A DNA stretch of 41,093 nt, from sequence record DRR378314_1063; one strand, 5' to 3'. The notes under the pieces were generated by a model. The model saw only the letters and a program-made list of their open reading frames with translations. It made no database searches and was not told the origin of the DNA. The translations under genes and the position numbers were made by a program. Positions 9,956 through 20,625 of the stretch are shown piece by piece (the first letter of the stretch is position 1; every line of letters begins with the position of its first letter).

Positions 9956-10656
9956 CGCCTTCCGGCACCTTCAGCGCCCGGGCGATCGCCAAGGGACTGA
10001 AGCCAGGCCTCTACGCCATTACCGACGGCCACCTTTTGCCGGAAGATCAGCTACTGGTCGCGGTTGAAGCGGCCATTCGAGGCGGGGCCGTGCTGGTGCA
10101 ATACCGTGAGAAGGCCGCGCCACAGCCGGAGCGGCTGAGACAGGCGCAGGATCTCGCGGCCCTTTGTTACAACGCCCGCGTACCACTGATCATCAATGAT
10201 GACCCCGAGCTGGCCCGTCGCTGTGGGGCCGCTGGCGTACACCTGGGCCAGTCCGATGGCTCCCTGGCCCTGGCCAGGCGACTGCTTGGTGATCATGCCA
10301 TTATCGGCGCAACCTGCCACGCCGACATGGCCCTGGCGTCCCGTGCTGACGCGGACGGTGCCGACTACCTGGCCTTCGGCCGCTTCTTTAACTCAAGCAC
10401 GAAGCCTGACGCCCCCGTGGCCGAGCTCTCCGTCCTGACCGAGTCACGGCAGCTTGGCAAACCCGTGACCGCCATTGGCGGCATCACCACGGACAACGGC
10501 GAAGGCCTGATTCGCGCCGGCGCCGACCTTCTGGCCGTCGTCGGCGGCCTGTTCGATGGTGATGTCGCCATCGTTGAAGAACGCGCACGCCGGTTCAGCC
10601 GGCTGTTTGCCCATCATCACCCACTTTTTTCATCGTCCGTACCTCAGGAGTCCTGA
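9943..10656 (+). CDS. thiE: Thiamine-phosphate synthase
   Basis: GLYAIT, VQYREK, IINDD, GVHLGQ, TK and AIGGI motifs. Confidence 0.94.
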   Translation: MAELTPSGTFSARAIAKGLKPGLYAITDGHLLPEDQLLVAVEAAIRGGAVLVQYREKAAPQPERLRQAQDLAALCYNARVPLIINDDPELARRCGAAGVHLGQSDGSLALARRLLGDHAIIGATCHADMALASRADADGADYLAFGRFFNSSTKPDAPVAELSVLTESRQLGKPVTAIGGITTDNGEGLIRAGADLLAVVGGLFDGDVAIVEERARRFSRLFAHHHPLFSSSVPQES

Positions 10657-10659
10657 ATC

Positions 10660-11940
10660 ATGACCCAGTCCGAAACCCTATTCGAACAGGCCCAGAAATA
10701 CATCCCGGGAGGCGTCAACTCTCCGGTCCGGGCCTTTCGGGGCGTCGGCGGTACCCCGCTGTTTTTCAAGCACGCCGAAGGTGCCTACCTGTACGATGAA
10801 GACGATCGCCGCTACATCGACTATATCGGCTCATGGGGCCCCATGATCCTCGGCCACGGCAACCAGATCATCAAGGATGCGCTCCACGCTCAGGTGGATC
10901 AGGGCATCGGTTACGGCGCACCGACAGCGATCGAAACCGAAATGGCCAAGAAAGTCTGCGAACTGGTGCCTTCCATTGACCTGGTCCGCATGGTCAATTC
11001 CGGCACTGAAGCCACCATGAGCGCGGTTCGCCTTGCCCGCGGGTACACCGGCCGCGACAAGATCGTTAAATTCGAGGGCTGCTACCACGGCCATGTGGAC
11101 TCCCTGTTGGTGAAAGCCGGCTCTGGCGCGCTGACGCTGGGCGTTCCCAACTCACCGGGCATTCCCGCCAGCCTCGCAGAACACACACTGACCTTGACGT
11201 TCAACGATATTGAAGGCGTGCGGGAAACCTTTGCAAAAATGGGCGATGACATCGCGGCCATTATTGTTGAGCCGGTGGCCGGCAACATGAACTGCATACC
11301 GCCGGTACCCGGTTTCCTGGAAAGTTTGCGGGAGGTGTGCGACGAGCACGGCACCGTGTTGATTTTCGATGAGGTCATGACAGGCTTCCGGGTCTCCCTC
11401 GGCGGGGCGCAAGGCCTCTACGGCGTCACTCCGGACCTGACGGCTCTTGGCAAGGTGATCGGCGGTGGCCTCCCCGTTGGCGCGTTTGGCGGCAAACGGG
11501 AAATCATGGAACACATTTCGCCGCTGGGGCCGGTTTATCAGGCAGGCACTCTGAGCGGCAACCCGCTAGCCATGTGCGCAGGACTGGCCACATTGAACGC
11601 CATTTCAGAGCCGGGATTCCACGACAGGCTGACGGAAAAGACCAACGCTGTTCGCGATGGGCTAAAGGAGGCCGCAGACAGCACAGGCGTGCCCCTGGCA
11701 GTGCAAAGTGCCGGCGCCATGTTCGGATTTTTCTTTACCGATGCCCCCCAGATCACACGCTTTGACCAGGTCATGGCCTGCGACGTCGAGCGGTTCAAGA
11801 AGTTCTTCCAGGGCATGCTAAAGGAAGGTGTGTATCTGGCACCTTCGGCCTTTGAAGCCGGCTTTACCAGCGCCGCCCTGACCGATGACGATATCCGACA
11901 GACAACGGAAGCGGCTCGCCGAGTCATGAAAACACTCTAA
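10660..11940 (+). CDS. hemL: Glutamate-1-semialdehyde 2,1-aminomutase
   Basis: [37 protein letters not shown]. Confidence 0.98.
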   Translation: MTQSETLFEQAQKYIPGGVNSPVRAFRGVGGTPLFFKHAEGAYLYDEDDRRYIDYIGSWGPMILGHGNQIIKDALHAQVDQGIGYGAPTAIETEMAKKVCELVPSIDLVRMVNSGTEATMSAVRLARGYTGRDKIVKFEGCYHGHVDSLLVKAGSGALTLGVPNSPGIPASLAEHTLTLTFNDIEGVRETFAKMGDDIAAIIVEPVAGNMNCIPPVPGFLESLREVCDEHGTVLIFDEVMTGFRVSLGGAQGLYGVTPDLTALGKVIGGGLPVGAFGGKREIMEHISPLGPVYQAGTLSGNPLAMCAGLATLNAISEPGFHDRLTEKTNAVRDGLKEAADSTGVPLAVQSAGAMFGFFFTDAPQITRFDQVMACDVERFKKFFQGMLKEGVYLAPSAFEAGFTSAALTDDDIRQTTEAARRVMKTL

Positions 11941-12236
11941 CCGTTGCCAACTCACCTGCCCCCGAAATTCTGTCCGCTGCCAGGGCATGTCTTTCGGGGC
12001 CCCAGGAGTGACTCCCGTCACACTTCTGACCGCCCAAACCGCCCCGGCCCCTCCGGCCGTTGACTTGACTCATCCCATGATCAAATTATGGTCAGATCTC
12101 AGAAAAGAGATGCACTGACTGCGACCATCTAACAATCACAAGACAGAAGTCAGCGCATGGACGCCACGCAGTACTGCCTTGGACTGCCCGGAAAAGCAGT
12201 ATTCGGCACAACCTGTTAGGTAGAGCCGCAGTTTGA

Positions 12237-13190
<954 letters not shown>

Positions 13191-13231
13191 CCCAATACCC
13201 CATGGCTGGATACGGATGTCCGGCCTTGGGC

Positions 13232-14545
13232 TCAAAATACGGTTTCAAGACCGAGCATGACTTCCCGGCGACTGTAGTCATAGCGCTCGATGGTGCTGTG
13301 GTTGTCCAACATGCTCCATTCCGCCAGCATCATCCATTCGCCGGCCAAGCGGTATTCCGCCAGCAGGGAACCGCGCAAGCGGTTATCCCGACGCCGTTCT
13401 GACACCAGCGTCCCGTTCGAGACAAACCTGTGATCATCCTTGTAGCGGGAGTAGCGAACATCGGCCTTGCCGCCCAGCGAAAATCGCCCGGACACGTAAT
13501 GACGAACTTCAGCCGATAAAAGATTGCGCACAGGGGACACACTGTAAAACTCCTGCTGGGTCGACAGGTCTCTACGATAGTTGTCCTCCAACTGATAGTG
13601 GCCGCTAAGAACCCAGCTTCCCAACGCTTTGTCAGCGCTGGCATTGAATCGCAGCATCTCACCATCGTAAGCACGGTAACCGCGGCCACCCTCAATGGTC
13701 GAAACCGATCCGCTGACACTGCATTCAACGCCGGGTACGACAGGGCCCAACACACACTGATCGGGACGATAAAGCATCTCGACTCGAGCCTCGCGTTCAA
13801 GGGTGTCACCTCCGAACCAGGAGGTGGACAGGTCCAGTGTCGACGTTAGCTCACCGTCTTCCAACTGATTCAGCCACGACGCACCCGCGCTGAGATAACT
13901 GTTGTCAAAGGCGGCGTTACCGGGGTATTGGCGGGTATAGGCGACCCCGTGCACACTGACATCCGTTTCACCAAGCTGGACATTCCCCACTGTCAGCACA
14001 TCGGCAAAGCCGCCTTCCCTGTCGCTGGACGCAGCGTCCGGGGTTCCAGCAATGTTGTCGTCGTAACCTCCCGCGAGTGCGAGATAGCCGGTACCGAGGG
14101 TGGGTTCAATTGGGGATGGTGCGGCCCTATCCGTCAGCTGTCGACGAGCCAGGGCCTGGACTTCTTCAGGCGAATCCGGGCTGGCAGCGCGTTGGAACCA
14201 TTGACGGGCATCGTCAGCGTTCCCCATTCCTTGCTTTACCAGGCCAAGATTGTAATAAGCCAGCGGCGCATGAGGCGTTTCCAACAACTTCAGGAACACC
14301 GTTTCGGCTGACTCCAGCTGGCCAAGGCGGAAGTAGACAACACCAAGATTGTAAAGCAGGGATGGCGAGTGTGTACCATTTGCCTTTGCTCGCTCGAAAT
14401 AGATCCGAGCCTCGACCAGGTTTCCTTGCCGAAAGGCTTTTACACCGGCATCAAAGTCCGGCGCGCCGGAAACCTCCGTCGCCATCGCCATGGGAACAGA
14501 GGCCATCAGGCCAATAAACAGAATGGCTAATCGTGGGAACCCCAA
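13232..14545 (-). CDS. TPR-containing outer membrane beta-barrel protein (Slam/DUF560-like architecture)
   Basis: Signal peptide, TPR motifs (YNLGVVYFRLG, YYNLGLVKQGMG), then GYDDN and amphipathic beta strands ending in a C-terminal Phe. TTG start with GGAG SD. Confidence 0.75.
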   Translation of the reverse strand: MGFPRLAILFIGLMASVPMAMATEVSGAPDFDAGVKAFRQGNLVEARIYFERAKANGTHSPSLLYNLGVVYFRLGQLESAETVFLKLLETPHAPLAYYNLGLVKQGMGNADDARQWFQRAASPDSPEEVQALARRQLTDRAAPSPIEPTLGTGYLALAGGYDDNIAGTPDAASSDREGGFADVLTVGNVQLGETDVSVHGVAYTRQYPGNAAFDNSYLSAGASWLNQLEDGELTSTLDLSTSWFGGDTLEREARVEMLYRPDQCVLGPVVPGVECSVSGSVSTIEGGRGYRAYDGEMLRFNASADKALGSWVLSGHYQLEDNYRRDLSTQQEFYSVSPVRNLLSAEVRHYVSGRFSLGGKADVRYSRYKDDHRFVSNGTLVSERRRDNRLRGSLLAEYRLAGEWMMLAEWSMLDNHSTIERYDYSRREVMLGLETVF

Positions 14546-14684
14546 GCCTTACTCCGGAAATACACTGTGGTGGCGCCCCTCGCACCAACCTATTCATGTG
14601 CGAGGGCGACAAAACCGGGAGTATAGCAACTGACGAAGTGCTTCGTCGCAGGAGGAAAATTACGATGCCGTATAGTGAAGGCCA

Positions 14685-15071
14685 CTATGGCTGCTGCGGG
14701 CGATCCGGACGATTGGTCACTTCTGGCCGCCCGGGAGAATCCGGACGCCCCTTGCCCGCATTCTGGTTACGAACTTCCCGCGCCCGCTCCGACGCCGCGT
14801 TGGCGGCTTCCCGCCCTTTCTCACGTGCGCCCTCGGCCTGGCTCTCAGGATTGGCCCGCTCACCGGCGGCGCCATTTTTCGCAGGTCCATCCAGTGACAC
14901 CGGTTCACGCAGGTTTATCTCACGCACAACGGACTCTGTGATGTCATCGTCATCTGTAACCATTCTCATGGTCACATCCAGATCGTCACTCGCAAACGTT
15001 ATTGATGGCGCCGCCAAAAGTACGCTGAGACAGCCGAGAAACACCATCGTCTTCCAGGTTCCCGACATCAT
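14685..15071 (-). CDS. Small secreted/periplasmic hypothetical protein
   Basis: Signal peptide ending TFA, acidic DDLDVTMRMVTDDDD segment, charged low-complexity tail. Start overlaps the anti-sigma stop (ATGA). Confidence 0.75.
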   Translation of the reverse strand: MMSGTWKTMVFLGCLSVLLAAPSITFASDDLDVTMRMVTDDDDITESVVREINLREPVSLDGPAKNGAAGERANPESQAEGAREKGREAANAASERAREVRNQNAGKGRPDSPGRPEVTNRPDRPQQP

Positions 15072-15811
15072 GACGAGGGCTCCGGGCTTCCATTGATGGC
15101 CGGGTCATTGAGACTGGCACGGAATGTCTTGGTTCGTTTGCCATCATCAAGATGGGCAACGAGATCGCCCTCACCAGCAAACAGTATATTTAACGGCAGG
15201 TTTACCACGTTTTCGCCTTTATCCAAGTCTACCCTCCAGCTTAACCGTTGATGCCCGGGATACTCCGAGACCTCAACGTGGGGAGGTAACTCAACGGTCA
15301 AGGTAACACCCTCCAGCGCTTCCTTGGACCGGAACGCAAGTCGGACGTTCCGGGCAACCGGCTCCAGCACAAGACTTTCTTCCGGGCGCTCATCCACCAC
15401 TGCTGCCGGAGACTCACTCGCTGACTCAGTTCCAGAATGCGTCAACTCATTCACTGGCTCCTGGTCTGCACGCCAGCCAAACCCAAGTGCAATCCCTAAC
15501 ACCAGGGCCGCTGCAATGGCGCCCCCTGCCCACGGCGTACTCCAACCATAGGCTGCAAGGCTTTTGCGGGAACGTCCACGTCTTCCGCACGCAACGTCCA
15601 GAGCACGCTTTTCAAAATCCGGTGACGGGGGAGGTATATCCTGGCTTTCTCGCATCGCTGCGAGGACGGCCATTTCATTATGTGCAGCAATAGCACAGTC
15701 CTCGCAGTCAGCAATATGTTGCTCAATGCGGTCAGCCTGAGCAGCCGGCAACTCGCCCTTGGCCCAGGAACACAGACTGTTTTTGCACTCGTTACACACC
15801 ATTGCCATCAC
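15068..15811 (-). CDS. Zinc-binding (ZAS/zf-HC2) transmembrane anti-sigma factor
   Basis: HIADCEDC (HxxxCxxC), one TM helix, beta-rich periplasmic domain. Lies directly after the ECF gene. Confidence 0.88.
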   Translation of the reverse strand: MMAMVCNECKNSLCSWAKGELPAAQADRIEQHIADCEDCAIAAHNEMAVLAAMRESQDIPPPSPDFEKRALDVACGRRGRSRKSLAAYGWSTPWAGGAIAAALVLGIALGFGWRADQEPVNELTHSGTESASESPAAVVDERPEESLVLEPVARNVRLAFRSKEALEGVTLTVELPPHVEVSEYPGHQRLSWRVDLDKGENVVNLPLNILFAGEGDLVAHLDDGKRTKTFRASLNDPAINGSPEPSS

Positions 15812-15812
15812 C

Positions 15813-16400
15813 TCATTCTTTCACACGCTCGGTGTGCGGAAAAAGTTCCGGGCGCCCAAGTAATTTTTTCCTCAGAGCGGCGCGACAACGATGAACCCTG
15901 GATTTCACAGTGCCAACCGGGATCTCCAGCACCTGAGCGATGTCTTCCTGGCTCCAACCATCCACATCATGCAACAGCATCAGTGACCGCTGATCAGGCG
16001 ACAGAGTCTGGATCACTTCATCCATGATGGGCTTTAAACGTTCGGCACTGATCTGCTCACTGACATCGGGTATGTCCGCAGCGTAGGAGTCCAGAAAGGA
16101 GGACTGCTGCTCCAGCTCTACGACATCGCTCACTGGCCTGTCCGCACGACGCCCTTTACGTCGAACCTGATCAATAAAGTGCCGGTACAACACACGGTTC
16201 AGCCACGGCCTTAATTGCTCCACGGACTCCAGTTCCGAAAGGCGCGGGTACAGCTTCAAGACAACGTCCTGAACCAAATCCTCCGCATCCTGCTGCTGCC
16301 CGGACAAACGGTAGGCAAACCGATACATCGCCTCCAAATGCGGCTGCACCAGTTTTTCAAATCGCTTGGCCCGAGAGGGATTAAAGGAAAGTAAAGCCAA
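15813..16400 (-). CDS. ECF RNA polymerase sigma factor
   Basis: Region 2 (DAEDLVQD, PWLNRVLYRHFID) and region 4 (EDIAQVLEIPVGTVKSRVHR). Confidence 0.95.
   Translation of the reverse strand: MALLSFNPSRAKRFEKLVQPHLEAMYRFAYRLSGQQQDAEDLVQDVVLKLYPRLSELESVEQLRPWLNRVLYRHFIDQVRRKGRRADRPVSDVVELEQQSSFLDSYAADIPDVSEQISAERLKPIMDEVIQTLSPDQRSLMLLHDVDGWSQEDIAQVLEIPVGTVKSRVHRCRAALRKKLLGRPELFPHTERVKE
15824..15849 (-). promoter_or_regulatory. Putative ECF-dependent promoter inside the 3' end of the sigma gene
   Basis: Minus strand GGAAC (15849-15845), N17, CGTG (15827-15824), just upstream of the anti-sigma start. Confidence 0.6.
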
Positions 16401-16538
16401 AACCGGTACTCGTCTGATTAGTCGCGCAAAAAAGAGGGGCAGTTTACAACACTATCTGCACTTAAGTATTGGCCTACCACCCAAGCACCTCTCAAATTTG
16501 CATCCGTCTTAACATGAGCAAAGGTTAACAGAACTTAT

Positions 16539-16564
16539 GGAACGGCGAACGACAGTTCAGCGTT
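16539..16564 (+). promoter_or_regulatory. Putative ECF-dependent promoter for the lipoprotein gene
   Basis: GGAAC (16539-16543), N17, CGTT (16561-16564), about 65 nt before the start codon. Same geometry as the site at 15824-15849. Confidence 0.6.
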
Positions 16565-16627
16565 AAGCCCCTGTGGCCATCCAACATTTCTTCAACAGGC
16601 CAGCGTCTTTCCTATAGGAGGTTTGCA

Positions 16628-17530
16628 ATGAATCAGTCTCTCAAATACCTGACAGTAATTGGCTTTACCGGGGCACTGGTTGCCTGTGGCGGCGACAGCG
16701 ACAGCAGCAGTCTCAGCGGAGGAAAAACAGGCAGCGTGAGCGTCGGACTGACAGATGCACCTGTAGACAGCGCCCAGGAAGTAAACATCGAGGTCACCGC
16801 GCTGGTACTGCAACCGTCCAATGGTGATCGACGCAGATTCGAGCTGGAATTCCCCGCGCCGATCAATCTTCTCGATCTGCAGGGTGGTTCATTTGAAAGC
16901 CTCATCACGGATGAGGAAGTTCCGGCTGGCAACTACAACTGGATGCGGATCGAACTCGGCAACGACAACACCGTCGTAAACGACTCGGGCACTCATATGC
17001 TTACCACGCCGTCAGCCAGGGGCGTCCAAACATCTGGCTTCACCGTTCCTGCGGGCGGAGAAGTGAGCTTTACCATCGACTTTGACGTTCGCAAATCCCT
17101 CGTGAACCCCGTCGGGCAAAATGGGTACAAGCTCAAACCCGTTCTCAGGCTGGTCGACAATTCAGAAACCGGCACCATTGAAGGAACCGTGGCGGGCGAG
17201 CTGATTACCCAGGAGTGTGGCGATGCTCTCACCCCGGAGTTTGCCGGCAATGTCTACATTCATGAAGGCGCAGGCGCTCAACCAGACGATATTGGCAGCG
17301 CCAACGAGCCTGTGGTTGCGGTGCCGGTTGAAGAAAATGGAAACTATTCGTACATCGCCGCCTTTATCCCGGCAGGCGACTATACCGTCAGCTATACCTG
17401 CGGTGACGATCTGATCGAGGACGATCAGGGAGACCCGTCAGACGATGACATCACGTTCGTAGGCGCACAAAACGTGACGGTCGTGGCTGAAGAAACCTCA
17501 ACGGCTGACTTCGAGATTCAAGTACCGTAA
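16628..17530 (+). CDS. DUF4382-like acidic lipoprotein
   Basis: Strong AGGAGG SD, lipobox LVAC then a G/S linker, VGLTDAP, INLLDL, TIDFDVRKS and YKLKPVLR motifs. Confidence 0.85.
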   Translation: MNQSLKYLTVIGFTGALVACGGDSDSSSLSGGKTGSVSVGLTDAPVDSAQEVNIEVTALVLQPSNGDRRRFELEFPAPINLLDLQGGSFESLITDEEVPAGNYNWMRIELGNDNTVVNDSGTHMLTTPSARGVQTSGFTVPAGGEVSFTIDFDVRKSLVNPVGQNGYKLKPVLRLVDNSETGTIEGTVAGELITQECGDALTPEFAGNVYIHEGAGAQPDDIGSANEPVVAVPVEENGNYSYIAAFIPAGDYTVSYTCGDDLIEDDQGDPSDDDITFVGAQNVTVVAEETSTADFEIQVP

Positions 17531-17541
17531 CAAGCCGAACA

Positions 17542-17574
17542 AAGGGCTGGGCAGCGATCAGATGCCCAGCCTTC
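17542..17574. terminator. Hairpin between convergent genes
   Basis: GGCTGGGCA (17545-17553) pairs with TGCCCAGCC (17563-17571). Confidence 0.6.
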
Positions 17575-17597
17575 CTACCGCAAACGGAGGATCATGC

Positions 17598-18173
17598 TTA
17601 CAGAGCGGACGCGCGCTCCTCAGCCTGATCCGCCCCCGCGAGATTTCCCCTGGCACGGCGAATATCCGCCAGCAGCAACCACCCCGCACGCTGCAGTGAC
17701 GAGTCACTACCCGCCAGCGACAGCCCTTTCAGGGTGAACTGCTCCGCCGAGCCCAGTTGATCCAGTGCCACATAGGCTTGCGAAAGCTTGAAATACACCT
17801 GCGCCGAGCGTGGGGCGATCCGTTGTGCCCGCTCCAGCTGCGCCACGGCCGCCTGGGTCTCGCCGGACGCCATCAGGCTGTCCGCCCGCTGGATAAGGCT
17901 TCGGGCGGCGGGTGACAGGGCGTCCCCCTCATCCTGGTAGCTTGGCGCCGTGCGCTCTGGCTGCATCACCGGCTGATCGGGTTGTTCGCTGTTGCGTTCC
18001 ACCCTCGGCTCGTCACGGGGCCCGCTGGTTTGTGGCGGCGGGGGTGCTTCGTCCTGCGACGATTGGCCACCGGCTGGCACATAGATTGAGCCACCACCGG
18101 GGCCGGAAGCACAGCCGGCCACCATCAGCGACAGGGTCATTAAACCTGCGCATCTGAACGTATTCGATGTCAT
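17598..18173 (-). CDS. lpoP: TPR lipoprotein, LpoP-type activator of PBP1B
   Basis: Lipobox VAGC, Pro-rich linker, TPRs (AQLERAQRIAP). ATGA-coupled to mrcB, as in Pseudomonas. Confidence 0.8.
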   Translation of the reverse strand: MTSNTFRCAGLMTLSLMVAGCASGPGGGSIYVPAGGQSSQDEAPPPPQTSGPRDEPRVERNSEQPDQPVMQPERTAPSYQDEGDALSPAARSLIQRADSLMASGETQAAVAQLERAQRIAPRSAQVYFKLSQAYVALDQLGSAEQFTLKGLSLAGSDSSLQRAGWLLLADIRRARGNLAGADQAEERASAL

Positions 18174-20494
18174 TGGAAGAGTCCTTCAAACCAGCCCCGT
18201 ATCCGCCGCTCGAGGTTGCCTCCGCAGGATACCTCGACATCAGGCTCACTGCCGGTGATGAACGGCACGAGGCGTGCATTGTCACAATGTTCTTCAGTCA
18301 GGGCGACCTCATCGGGGTTAACCCAATGGTATTTCACACCATCAGGCACCACCGGCGAGAACCCATGCTGTGGCACCTGGCTCATAAACCGGGACCACAC
18401 TGGTAGCGCGCCTGTGGCGCCGGTCAGAGAGGTAGGCCCGTTGTCGTCACGGCCCACCCAGGTCACCGCGAGCAGGTCCCCGCTGAAACCGGCAAACCAG
18501 GAATCGCGGCCATCATCGGTGGTTCCGGTCTTGCCTGCAAGGGTGAGCTCCCTCGGAACTGTTCGGTATGCAGAACGCCCGGTGCCCTCCTGCATGGTTT
18601 CCTGCATCACATACTGCACAAGGTGCACGGCTGCGGGGTCGGCCACCTGATCCACTTTCAGGCTATAGCGCGACAGGGCCTCACCTTGTGCATCGGTGAC
18701 CTGTCGAATGGTTCTCAAGGGTGTATTGAACCCGGAGGTGGCCAGCCCCTGATAGATCTGGGCGACCGTGACCGGGGTCATCGAAACCGAGCCCAACAGC
18801 ATGGAGGGGTACTCGGAAATACCGCCGGTCACGCCAAACCCCTGGAGGGTGGATTTCACCGCATCGATTCCCACATCCAGCCCTACACGCACGGTGGGCA
18901 GGTTGTACGAGTGGGACAGCGCCCTATGCAGTGGCACCTTACCGCGCTGCTCCTCATCGTAATTCTTGGGCTCCCAACGGCGGCCGTCGTCAAACACCAG
19001 GGAGAACCCTTTGTCCTCGACCGGGGTGATCAGCGTATACCGGTCCGGTTGCTGCAGCGCGGTCAGGTACACGAAGGGTTTGACCAGAGAGCCAATTGGC
19101 CGGCTTGCGTCGACAGCGCGATTGAATCCGGCGAATTTCGGATCGCGCCCACCCACCAGGGCCAACACCTCCCCACTGTCCCGCGAGGTCACCACCATGG
19201 CGGATTCCAACGTGGTCTCGGAACTCCCTTCCATTCGGCTGAGCATATCCTTCACGGCAAACTCCGCCGCGTACTGGATCGCCGGGTTCAAAGTGGTGAA
19301 GATGCGAAGCCCCTCACTCTGCAGGTCTTCCTGCTTGTAATCCCTGGCCAGGTGACGCCGGACCAGGTCGATGTAGGCCGGGTACCGGTTTTCCGAGTAG
19401 GAGGCCCGGGCCGTAACGCCAAGTGGCTGGGCCCGGGCCCGGGCAGCATCCTCCTCGCTGATGAGATCGGTTTCAGCCATCACATCAATCACCAGGTTGC
19501 GGCGGGACAGGGCCCGATCGGGATGGCGCCGGGGATTGTAGTAACTCGGTCCCTTTACCAGACCGACCAACAGGGCAATCTGATGGGCCTCAAGATCACG
19601 CATCGATTCGCCGAAATAGAACTGGCTGGCCAGCCCGAACCCGTGAATGGCCCGAGTGCCCGCCTGCCCCACATAGACTTCGTTGAGGTAGGTTTCCAGG
19701 ATGTCGTTCTTTTCGTAGTGGAGCTCCAGCAGCAGCGACATCAACGCTTCATTGCCCTTGCGCAGCAAGGTCTGATCACGGGTCAGGAAGAAGTTCTTTA
19801 CCAACTGCTGGGTCAGTGTGCTGCCACCCTGCACAATCTGCCCTGCCTGAATATTGGCAAGCATTGCCCGGCCGATGGACAGCGGCGCGATGCCGACATG
19901 TTCATGGAAATTCCGGTCCTCTACTGCCAACAGAGTGTCGGTGAAGAGGTCGGGGACATCCGCCAGTTGGACCAACACCCGATCTTCTTTATGGGCCGGA
20001 TAGATGCCGCCAATCTGAGCCGGCTCCAGGCGCACGATCGGTGAAGGGTCGCCCGACAATACCCGGAAGTCCTGCACCTGGTCGCTGTAGATGTTGAGCG
20101 ACAGGCGTCTTCGAGGCTCCAACCCATCGGTAAATAGAAACCCCCGCGTGCTGATAATAAAATGGCCGCCATTGCGGCGATAGGTACCAGCCTGGCTGCC
20201 ATCGCCGGCACGATAGCCGGACAGCTCGAGCTCACGCTGCAGTGCGCCCGAGCTGACGCTCGCGCCATCATACAGCTCCAGTGGTCTCGCATAGACCCGG
20301 GAGGGCACTTCAAAGCGGCGACCTTCAAAGCGCGAGGTAACCACCGCATCGAGGTAAACCATCCAGCCCGCGAGCAGCACCACGCCGATAAAGAAGACGC
20401 GAAGAAACAGGCGCCAGAACCAGGGGCGGCTGGTGGATGTTCCCTTGCGAGGGTTTTTCTTGGGCGATTTCCGGGGAGAGGCAGATTTTTTCAT
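18170..20494 (-). CDS. mrcB: Penicillin-binding protein 1B
   Basis: TM, UB2H region, EDRNF and GGSTLTQQLVKN (transglycosylase), SLVK, SYN, KTG (transpeptidase). ATG 20494 preferred. Confidence 0.96.
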   Translation of the reverse strand: MKKSASPRKSPKKNPRKGTSTSRPWFWRLFLRVFFIGVVLLAGWMVYLDAVVTSRFEGRRFEVPSRVYARPLELYDGASVSSGALQRELELSGYRAGDGSQAGTYRRNGGHFIISTRGFLFTDGLEPRRRLSLNIYSDQVQDFRVLSGDPSPIVRLEPAQIGGIYPAHKEDRVLVQLADVPDLFTDTLLAVEDRNFHEHVGIAPLSIGRAMLANIQAGQIVQGGSTLTQQLVKNFFLTRDQTLLRKGNEALMSLLLELHYEKNDILETYLNEVYVGQAGTRAIHGFGLASQFYFGESMRDLEAHQIALLVGLVKGPSYYNPRRHPDRALSRRNLVIDVMAETDLISEEDAARARAQPLGVTARASYSENRYPAYIDLVRRHLARDYKQEDLQSEGLRIFTTLNPAIQYAAEFAVKDMLSRMEGSSETTLESAMVVTSRDSGEVLALVGGRDPKFAGFNRAVDASRPIGSLVKPFVYLTALQQPDRYTLITPVEDKGFSLVFDDGRRWEPKNYDEEQRGKVPLHRALSHSYNLPTVRVGLDVGIDAVKSTLQGFGVTGGISEYPSMLLGSVSMTPVTVAQIYQGLATSGFNTPLRTIRQVTDAQGEALSRYSLKVDQVADPAAVHLVQYVMQETMQEGTGRSAYRTVPRELTLAGKTGTTDDGRDSWFAGFSGDLLAVTWVGRDDNGPTSLTGATGALPVWSRFMSQVPQHGFSPVVPDGVKYHWVNPDEVALTEEHCDNARLVPFITGSEPDVEVSCGGNLERRIRGWFEGLFQ

Positions 20495-20625
20495 GGCGGG
20501 ATTATAACGAATCCGGGCATCAGTGAGGCAGATCATCCGTGTGTTATTTCTGTAATCTGCCGGTTATGCTCGTTATGATGGGAACGATAAAAATCAACGA
20601 GTTCAAGGAACCCAAGGAGAGAGCC

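Noticed and set aside
18623-20044. 473-aa plus-strand ORF
   Set aside because: Antisense shadow of mrcB in GC-rich DNA, with no recognizable motifs.
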